Shown here one piece after another: positions 47,222 through 54,376 of a stretch of 64,000 nt of DNA. A model generated the notes under the pieces. It was not told the DNA's origin. It saw only the letters and a list, made by a program, of their open reading frames with translations, and made no database searches. Position numbers and translations under genes: made by a program. Position 1 is the stretch's first letter. Every line of letters starts with the position of its first letter. The DNA comes from Candidatus Latescibacterota bacterium (lineage in GTDB: Bacteria; Latescibacterota; UBA2968; UBA8231), in contig OZ244561.1 in NCBI GenBank assembly GCA_965217585.1, positions 5,664,001-5,728,000 of the forward strand. Reading direction: 5' to 3'.

Positions 47222-47767
47222 TTATACCTGTCCTTTCAGGCTACCCCACGAAATGGGTGCAACATTCGTCTGCTCAGCAGTAAGATACAAGCCAGCGCCC
47301 ATGTAATAGGACGTGCCCTCAATCTCGATGGGGGCCACGTAGCTTACCTTGGGAGATTCGTCGGCTCCTTCTATCGCTGGATTATCCCAGAGGTATTCCA
47401 CAAAACCGCCCCCGGCTTGTGCCGCCGCGATATTCTGCTGCGTGATCTTAACGCCATTGCTGTCCTCTTGGTCGATATTATTGGTGCCTTCGCGCGAGGG
47501 GATGGTAGCGTGAAAGAAGCTCGTGCCGTCGAAATCAGTGATGAAAATATAAATCGGCCCATATCTCCATTCTTCGTCGGTCCTGAAGGTTTCCAGAATG
47601 GCCGTCCGTGCCGCCTCATCTTGCGCAGACTCCAGTAAGCTCTTCGCTTCCAGCACGAAATTTTTCAGCGTCTCCCGATCTACCACGTCGCTTGCAGCGG
47701 CAGCGGCTTTTTCTACTCCGCCGAGCAGCCCTATCGCAATTAGGACCAATGACAACTTTCGGATCAT
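47222..47767 (-). CDS. Secreted stand-alone single Cache-domain protein with C-terminal WGxLK tag
   Basis: Signal peptide; YIFI.D.DG...H....EG.N....D.NG..I......GGGFVEY.W.NP...K.SYV (sCache_2-like); ends TNVAPISWGSLKGQV. Confidence 0.8.
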   Translation of the reverse strand: MIRKLSLVLIAIGLLGGVEKAAAAASDVVDRETLKNFVLEAKSLLESAQDEAARTAILETFRTDEEWRYGPIYIFITDFDGTSFFHATIPSREGTNNIDQEDSNGVKITQQNIAAAQAGGGFVEYLWDNPAIEGADESPKVSYVAPIEIEGTSYYMGAGLYLTAEQTNVAPISWGSLKGQV

Positions 47768-47897
47768 AGTTTACTCCTCTTAGTAGTTAATGCGTTCTGC
47801 GTTCAGTTACGATCAGTACGTAAAGGGGCTTTAGGCATATAGTCAAGGCACGGCGGGAGCCTTTTCTCACGCCTCCACCGGACTATATTTGGTCGCT

Positions 47898-49193
47898 ATG
47901 ACCTCCTCGCATCCACCCACCCCATCCGAACGCCTGCGTCCCGAGTTGGGGCTAATCGGCACCATCGCCCTCGGCTTGGGATCGATCGTCGGCACCGGCG
48001 TCTTTGTCAGCATTGGGATCGGCGCTGGCATCGCTGGACCGGCGGTTCTGGTCGCCATCGCCATCGCGGCGCTGGTCGCTCTTTGCAACGGCCTGTCCAG
48101 CGCCCAGCTCGCCGCCAGTCATCCGCTCAGCGGTGGCACGTATCAATACGGCTATGAGTATGCTTCACCAGCCATCGGCTTTACTGCCGGATGGATGTTC
48201 CTTTGTGCCAAGAGCGCGACCGCGGCCACCGCGGCGATGGGCCTGGCCGGCTACCTGCTCAACGCGCTAGATCAAACCGGATTGATTGCCCCGGTCGCCC
48301 TAGCAGCCGTGTTAGCGCTCACCCTTATCTCTCTCTTGGGCATCAACCGCACCAACAAGGTCAACATCGCCATCGTCGCCGCGACACTTTGCTCGCTACT
48401 CGTCTTCATCGTCGCTGGCACGCCCAGTGCTCTGCACAACCTGCGCCTGACCCCTTTCTTGGGCGACGACGGCTGGTCGGCTCTGTTGCAAGCCAGCGCC
48501 TTGATGTTCGTCGCCTATACGGGCTACGGTCGCATCGCCACGCTTGGCGAAGAAGTGCGCCAACCCCGCAAGACGATCCCCCGAGCCATCGTCGCCGCGC
48601 TGCTCATCGCCATGATGCTCTACATCGGCGTCGGTGCTGTCGCCATAGCCGCTGTAGGATCGGAGACGTTCTATGCGACCACCATGGACAAGGCCGCTCC
48701 CCTAAAGGTCATCGCCCGGACCTTTGACGTACCCAGCGTCTCTTGGATCCTAGCCTTGGGGGCTATCACCGCTATGGCCGGGGTGCTGCTCAACCTGATC
48801 CTCGGTCTGTCGCGGGTCCTGCTGGCTATGGGTCGCCAAGGGGATATGCCCCGGGCGCTTGCCCGCCTCAATCGAGATCAGACTACGCCCTCCATTGCCG
48901 TGGTGGTCGTCGGACTGGCTATTGCCGGGCTAGTCCTCGTAGGCGACATCAAGACCACTTGGTCCTTTAGCGCCTTCTCCATTCTGGTCTATTACGCCAT
49001 TACCAACTTCTGCGCCCTGCGCTTGCCGGCCGCCCAGCGGCTCTATCCCCGGTGGGTGGCCTTAGTGGGCCTAGTCGCCTGCTTAGGGCTGGCGTTTTTC
49101 GTCGAGCGCACAATCTGGCTCAGTGGGTTGGGGCTACTCTTGCTTGGCTGGTGCTGGCACCGCGTGGCGCAGCACCGCATGACGGAACTATAA
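47898..49193 (+). CDS. APC family amino acid permease
   Basis: GSIVGTGVF, P.SGG.Y.Y, FVAYTGY, EEVRQP.KTIPRAI, SRVLLAMGR; about 12 TM segments. Confidence 0.92.
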   Translation: MTSSHPPTPSERLRPELGLIGTIALGLGSIVGTGVFVSIGIGAGIAGPAVLVAIAIAALVALCNGLSSAQLAASHPLSGGTYQYGYEYASPAIGFTAGWMFLCAKSATAATAAMGLAGYLLNALDQTGLIAPVALAAVLALTLISLLGINRTNKVNIAIVAATLCSLLVFIVAGTPSALHNLRLTPFLGDDGWSALLQASALMFVAYTGYGRIATLGEEVRQPRKTIPRAIVAALLIAMMLYIGVGAVAIAAVGSETFYATTMDKAAPLKVIARTFDVPSVSWILALGAITAMAGVLLNLILGLSRVLLAMGRQGDMPRALARLNRDQTTPSIAVVVVGLAIAGLVLVGDIKTTWSFSAFSILVYYAITNFCALRLPAAQRLYPRWVALVGLVACLGLAFFVERTIWLSGLGLLLLGWCWHRVAQHRMTEL

Positions 49194-49256
49194 ATAGATT
49201 TGGTAGTTGTTATAGGATTGCAAAACAGATACTCGCGTACCCTGTTGCCCCTAATC

Positions 49257-50642
49257 AGTTGAATTCGACAGGTAGGTGTATTATACCGATTTGACTTTTT
49301 AGTGTCCTAATTACCCTCTTCTCTTGGGGGAGACTTATTAGGACAGACGATTAGCAAAACGGTATTACGCGGCCTTTCTGTAGGTTCGTTTTTGGTTATG
49401 TTCAATCTGTTGTCGAGCACTCTGCCAAGCAAAATTTCGCTTGAGGGTAAACGCACTCCACGGTCCTTGGTGGGGAATCTCCCGATGCCGAAGATGGATC
49501 AAAACCAAGTAGGCCATAACAGACAACGCGACGGAGCGTTCGACTCGTTGGGTCTGCTTGGTCACCTGGGCTTGTCCTAATCCGGTGGCCCCTTTCAATT
49601 CTTTGATGAGCAGTTCTACGTGCCAGCGGCGGGTATACAGCACGACGAGTTGGCCTGCGGTCACGTCCGGTAGATTGGTCACCAGGATTTTGGTTTGTTT
49701 CGGCGAATCGTTGCGCCGTTTCTTGCTCAAGACCAACGTGACATCTCCGATGTGTCGCAGGCGTTTACGACCGCGGTAGACCCAATAGACCCGCCGACGG
49801 GAGCCGTGCGGACGAAACCAGATTTTTCGATAACAGGTGTAGCGCGTGTGATTGACCCAATCTTTGAGCGTATGGCCGTCTTCAAACTTCCAGGTGCGGG
49901 GCAAACTCATGACGAAAAAGAAGCCCCGTTGCTGGATCAAGTGCAGCGTTTCTTTAGCGGGAAACCCGGCATCGGCGACCACGATCACTTGCTGGGCCCA
50001 AGCCGGTGGCACCAAAGCGGCCAGCATCTGACGAAACAACACATTGGGCTTCTGATAGGCCGGGTCTTCTTTACGCCGAACCAACTCGAAATCGATAGGG
50101 ATTCGATAATTGCCCCACTGCAGCATGACCAGGATCACTTCAAACCCCCACAGAAAGGGACTATAGCCATTGGCGCGGGCTTTGCGCACCAACGGATGTT
50201 TCTTGGCCACCTTGGCTTTGTAGGTCCCGTCGACGATCACTAACACCCGACCGTCTTCCGCCGGTGGCAGCCCGGCGATCACCGCATCGACCAAGTACCC
50301 CAACAGCAACCGCCAACTCCAGTAGGTCGCATACAGCAACCGACGTAAGTGCCATTCCGCTATATGGTTAGGACCCAGGCGGGCTAAACCACACAGCGTC
50401 GCTTTATCTTGATAGATTAACAACAGCGTCATACTCCAACAGAACACCAGATGATGGCGATGACGAAAAAAATGTTGAGTCCCACGCAAAAAATAACGAA
50501 GGTTGACCGGCAAGCGAGTTAGTTGCAGCATCGGAGTTTCCCTGGGGTAGATGATCCATGGCGGTGAATCAAGCTATCCCAAAATAGGGAGACTCCGATG
50601 CCTGTTCGAGCCTAAATATCAACCTACCTGTCGAATTCAACT
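49257..50642 (-). mobile_element. Insertion sequence (IS701/IS4-like), ~1.39 kb
   Basis: Perfect 21-bp terminal IR AGTTGAATTCGACAGGTAGGT at 49257-49277 and 50622-50642 flanking a DDE transposase. Lower GC. Target duplication not clearly resolved. Confidence 0.9.
49365..50531 (-). CDS. DDE transposase
   Basis: VIVDGT, VVADAGF, Y..RWHVE...KELK...GL (YREK-like) motifs. Confidence 0.92.
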   Translation of the reverse strand: MLQLTRLPVNLRYFLRGTQHFFRHRHHLVFCWSMTLLLIYQDKATLCGLARLGPNHIAEWHLRRLLYATYWSWRLLLGYLVDAVIAGLPPAEDGRVLVIVDGTYKAKVAKKHPLVRKARANGYSPFLWGFEVILVMLQWGNYRIPIDFELVRRKEDPAYQKPNVLFRQMLAALVPPAWAQQVIVVADAGFPAKETLHLIQQRGFFFVMSLPRTWKFEDGHTLKDWVNHTRYTCYRKIWFRPHGSRRRVYWVYRGRKRLRHIGDVTLVLSKKRRNDSPKQTKILVTNLPDVTAGQLVVLYTRRWHVELLIKELKGATGLGQAQVTKQTQRVERSVALSVMAYLVLIHLRHREIPHQGPWSAFTLKRNFAWQSARQQIEHNQKRTYRKAA

Positions 50643-50667
50643 TATCAGTACTTCAGGAGAAGCTCCT

Positions 50668-51264
50668 ATGCCTATCTCTCGTCTGATTTGGATCGTCCTG
50701 CTGACGAGCGGCATCGCCGCCGCCGACCAAGGCCCCTTGGCCAACCGGGGCGACTGGGCGTTGGGCGTGGCCTTGCCCTCTAGCGGCGGAAGCAGTTTTA
50801 GCCTGTGGAAAATCCGCTCTCCCACCACCGCTGTGGGCTTGGAAATAGGTGTTTCGTGGAGCTACGCCGATTCCACCCTCAACGCCGATGACTTCGCTCC
50901 GACCAGTCTCCAAAAGCATTACCTATCGCTGTTCCTGCGTCCTACTATCAAGCACTATCGTCCGCTGCACGACCGAATCGCCCCTTTTACGTACGGCCAA
51001 GTCGAAGCCGGTTTTCGGGGCTACAAACGGGATTCTCCACATAGGCAGAACGGCAGCAGCGGAGGCAATATAGGGCTAACACTGGGTTTGGGAGTCGAAT
51101 GGTTCCCGTTCCAACGCATCAGCTTGGGCGGTCAGACCGGGCTGAGACTGGGCTACAGCTACAGGCAGTACGATACTAGGGGCTATAGTAACGATTCTAG
51201 TAGCAATTGGTCCCTGTACCTAAGAACCTTCCAATCGGAGGTGAAGGCATTGATGTATTTTTGA
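50668..51264 (+). CDS. Small outer-membrane beta-barrel protein (paralog 1)
   Basis: AGGAG SD, signal peptide, about 8 amphipathic strands, GLGVEWF, terminal aromatic MYF. Confidence 0.8.
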   Translation: MPISRLIWIVLLTSGIAAADQGPLANRGDWALGVALPSSGGSSFSLWKIRSPTTAVGLEIGVSWSYADSTLNADDFAPTSLQKHYLSLFLRPTIKHYRPLHDRIAPFTYGQVEAGFRGYKRDSPHRQNGSSGGNIGLTLGLGVEWFPFQRISLGGQTGLRLGYSYRQYDTRGYSNDSSSNWSLYLRTFQSEVKALMYF

Positions 51265-51312
51265 TGAAAGGCGATGCCGCCACTTATCACTCTCCACTAT
51301 TTGAGCGATGCG

Positions 51313-52176
51313 ATGTCTTTTTTAATTCTTACTTTGCTGCTAGCCATCCAGATAACGGCGTGCGACTATTGGAGCCCGACACAGTCCTTTGATTCATCCG
51401 ATGTTCCCAGGCGGCCGGAACGTGTTTTTCTTGGCGACGATACCCGCTTCAATGAGAGTCGTCATTTCTCCCTAATTCTCTGGAATTGGCCCGCAAGTGC
51501 CGTAGATGCTATTTATTTTTTACCACTTAACGAGGCCACCGGTTATGGTATAGACGATCCCGATTACAGGATATACGTTTTTGTGCGGTCATCCAAGGCC
51601 GAACCAGCGGTGCTGTGCCGCGACGATGGACAAGCCATTGATGGGTTTCAGCTAAACCCTGCCTTCGCAGAGGTCTGTATTGTCGATGGCCAAATAACCT
51701 TGCGCAAAAAGCAAGACTACTCCTTTAAGGACAATCCCGTCTCTCTAAGGATCGTCCCCACAGTAGAAGAACCCTACCGACGATCAGAATTCCTCGTGAC
51801 GACCGGAATACGTCTTACTAGCGATACTTCTTTGCGGTTTGATAAAGACGGCTTTATTCGAGATCTGGTAAATTGGCCGGCGAGTGCTGTAGATAAAATC
51901 TATCTTGTACCGCTTAACGAGGCCACAAATTATGGTCATAGATATGACCCTGATCAACGAATATACATTTTCGTACGGCCGTCTGGACCAGCGGTGCTGT
52001 GCCGCGACGATGGACAAGCCATTGATGGATTTCAGCCGAACCCCGCCTTTGCAGAAGTCTGTATTGTCGATGGCCAAATAACCTTGCGCAAAAAGCAAGA
52101 CTATTCTTTTAAGGATAATCCCGCCTTTTTATGGGTGGCTCCAGTACCGAAAACTCCAAGACAAACCGGCGGCTAG
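51313..52176 (+). CDS. Lipoprotein with two tandem ~128-aa repeats, unknown function
   Basis: Lipobox ITAC; NWPASAVD.IY..PLNEAT.YG...PAVLCRDDGQAIDGFQ.NPAFAEVCIVDGQITLRKKQDYSFKDNP occurs twice, offset 384 bp. Start uncertain (51274, 51307 or 51313). Confidence 0.75.
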   Translation: MSFLILTLLLAIQITACDYWSPTQSFDSSDVPRRPERVFLGDDTRFNESRHFSLILWNWPASAVDAIYFLPLNEATGYGIDDPDYRIYVFVRSSKAEPAVLCRDDGQAIDGFQLNPAFAEVCIVDGQITLRKKQDYSFKDNPVSLRIVPTVEEPYRRSEFLVTTGIRLTSDTSLRFDKDGFIRDLVNWPASAVDKIYLVPLNEATNYGHRYDPDQRIYIFVRPSGPAVLCRDDGQAIDGFQPNPAFAEVCIVDGQITLRKKQDYSFKDNPAFLWVAPVPKTPRQTGG

Positions 52177-52228
52177 GGGAGATGTTCTGCGCTATAGATG
52201 CAACCCAGCTTCTTTCGTGGAGAAAGCC

Positions 52229-52816
52229 ATGTTTATTTTTCCTCTGCTCGGTATAGTCCTGTTGATAGGTAACGCCGCCGCGGACCAAGACCCCTTGGCC
52301 GACCGGGGCAACTGGGCGTTGGGTGTAGCCCTGCCTTCCAGCAGCGAACTTAGCCTCAGCCTGTGGAAAGTACGCTCTCCCGTCACTGCCCTCGGCCTGG
52401 AAATAGATTTTTCGTCGTATTACAGTGATCACACTTCCGACGACTTCGACAACCCCGACCGATACGATACCCGATCTCAGTATCGTTCTCTAAGGCTGCA
52501 ACTGAGTCCTACCATCAAACACTACCGCCCCCTGCACGACCAAGTCGCCCCCTTTATTTTTTATCAAGCCCACGCGGATTTTTACAATCGCCGATCAGAC
52601 ATCGACTCGGGGACACAACGCATCAGAACCAATAGCGCTCTAGGGCTGGCGCTGGGTTTGGGTGCCGACTGGTTCCCCTTCCAACGCATCAGCTTGAGCG
52701 GCCAGACCGGACTAGACCTGAGCTACCGCTACGAAAAACCCCGCTCTAACAGTAGTATGTGGGAGTGGTCCCTCAAGACCTTCCAAACGGAAGTGGCGGC
52801 GCTAGTATATTTTTGA
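52229..52816 (+). CDS. Small outer-membrane beta-barrel protein (paralog 2)
   Basis: Highly similar to 50668-51264 (PLA.RG.WALGVALPSS, PTIKHYRPLHD, WFPFQRISL.GQTGL); ends VYF. Confidence 0.8.
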   Translation: MFIFPLLGIVLLIGNAAADQDPLADRGNWALGVALPSSSELSLSLWKVRSPVTALGLEIDFSSYYSDHTSDDFDNPDRYDTRSQYRSLRLQLSPTIKHYRPLHDQVAPFIFYQAHADFYNRRSDIDSGTQRIRTNSALGLALGLGADWFPFQRISLSGQTGLDLSYRYEKPRSNSSMWEWSLKTFQTEVAALVYF

Positions 52817-54376
52817 CGCCGCCCTGTCCGCGCTGCCAACCCGATCCCTCACCAGCAGCGTCAGCCGCTGCCAGCAAGCATCGTCGCGCGCGGGATGGTC
52901 GCAGTTGTAGTGGACGCCGCGGCTTTCCAAGCGCTGCCGCGCCGAGCGGGCAATGAGCTGAGCCACGGTCGCCAAGCTGCGTAACTGGACTAGCTCGGCG
53001 TCGAGCCGGTGCTCGCGGTACAAGGCTTCAATTTCTCGCGCCATCCGCTCCGTCTCCTCACAAGCCCGCTGCAAACCTCGGTCGCTGCGCACGATCCCCA
53101 CTTCGTCCCACATCAAGCGCCGCAGCAACTCCCGCCGCTCCTCCAGCGCATCATGTGCAATAGGATCACCCGTATGCTCCATCTCGAATCGACCCATAGC
53201 CACGGGCGCAACGGTCCTAGCGTGCTCGACAGCGCGCCGCGCAAAGACCAACCCTTCCAACAGCGAGTTGCTTGCCAGCCGGTTGGCCCCCTGGAATCCG
53301 CTCATCGCCACCTCGCCGGCCGCGTATAGACCCGCGATATCCGTCTGGCCGTGCGCGTCCGTCCACACCCCACCACAGCTATAGTGAGCCGCCGGCACCA
53401 CCGGAATCGGCGTCTCGGTCATGTCCACGCCCATCCCCAGACAATGCTGATAGATGTTGGGAAAACGGCGGCGGGTCTGGTCCGCATCTTGGCCAGTGAC
53501 GTCCAAATAGACGCACTCGGCACCGCTTTGCTGCATCTGTGCGACAATAGCCCGTGAGACCACATCGCGCGTCTGCAACGGGTCGGTGAACGCCGTGCCA
53601 CACTCGTCGATCAGCACCGCACCAAAGCCGCGCAAAGCCTCGGTAATCAGGAATGAGGGTCGTCCAGGATCGTAGAGCATGGTCGGGTGGAACTGCATAA
53701 ACTCCATGTTGCTCACCCTCGCTCCGGCCCGCCAAGCCATGGCGACCCCATCGCCGGAAGCCACGCGCGGGTTAGTGGTGTGCAAAAAGACCTGCCCGCA
53801 GCCGCCCGTGGCCAGCAGCGTAACCGGTGCCATGGCGGCGATGGGCGCGGCTTGCTCCGAGTCCAATACCCAAGCCCCGTGACAACGCCGTTGATCGTCC
53901 ACGATCAGGTCCACGGCCAAATGGTGATCGTACAGGGTCACCTGCGGCAGCGCTTGCACGGTCGCGACCAAGGCGCGCGTCACCTCGCGGCCAGTCATGT
54001 CGTCCGCATGCACCACCCGCGCATGCGCGTGGCCACCTTCGCGCCCCAACGCGAACACCCCGGGCCGCGCTTCGTTGAACTGCGCGCCAATCGCCAGCAG
54101 TTCGGCCACCACCTCCGGCCCTTCGGCCACCACTCCTTCGACGATCGCGTGGTCGCATAGCCCAGCGCCCGCCGCGAGCGTGTCCTGCGCGTGGCTAGCT
54201 ACTGAATCGGCCGTATCCATGGCCGCGGCAATGCCGCCTTGCGCATATTGAGTGTTGGACTCGCGCCGCTCGCGCTTGGTCACCACGGCCACGGACCCGT
54301 GCTGAGCGGCCTTGAGGGCAAAGAACAGCCCGGCAATACCGCTGCCGAGAACGAGATAATCCGCCTCGATTTTCAT
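52802..54376 (-). CDS. nadB: L-aspartate oxidase
   Basis: LGSGIAGL, YAQGGIA, REGGH, MEFMQFHPT, LITEALRG, AHYSCGG, GANRLASNSLLE, ESRGVH. Confidence 0.95.
   Translation of the reverse strand: MKIEADYLVLGSGIAGLFFALKAAQHGSVAVVTKRERRESNTQYAQGGIAAAMDTADSVASHAQDTLAAGAGLCDHAIVEGVVAEGPEVVAELLAIGAQFNEARPGVFALGREGGHAHARVVHADDMTGREVTRALVATVQALPQVTLYDHHLAVDLIVDDQRRCHGAWVLDSEQAAPIAAMAPVTLLATGGCGQVFLHTTNPRVASGDGVAMAWRAGARVSNMEFMQFHPTMLYDPGRPSFLITEALRGFGAVLIDECGTAFTDPLQTRDVVSRAIVAQMQQSGAECVYLDVTGQDADQTRRRFPNIYQHCLGMGVDMTETPIPVVPAAHYSCGGVWTDAHGQTDIAGLYAAGEVAMSGFQGANRLASNSLLEGLVFARRAVEHARTVAPVAMGRFEMEHTGDPIAHDALEERRELLRRLMWDEVGIVRSDRGLQRACEETERMAREIEALYREHRLDAELVQLRSLATVAQLIARSARQRLESRGVHYNCDHPARDDACWQRLTLLVRDRVGSADRAASKIY

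Noticed and set aside
49245-50655. Target-site duplication of the IS
   Set aside because: ATCAGT occurs at both ends but overlaps the left IR asymmetrically, so no unambiguous direct repeat can be called.
50551-50667. N-terminal extension of the barrel gene into the IS
   Set aside because: It runs through the IS inverted repeat. The SD and signal peptide indicate a start at 50668.
51480-52125. DGR TR/VR pair
   Set aside because: Both copies lie in one ORF, differences are largely synonymous and not restricted to A, and there is no RT nearby.
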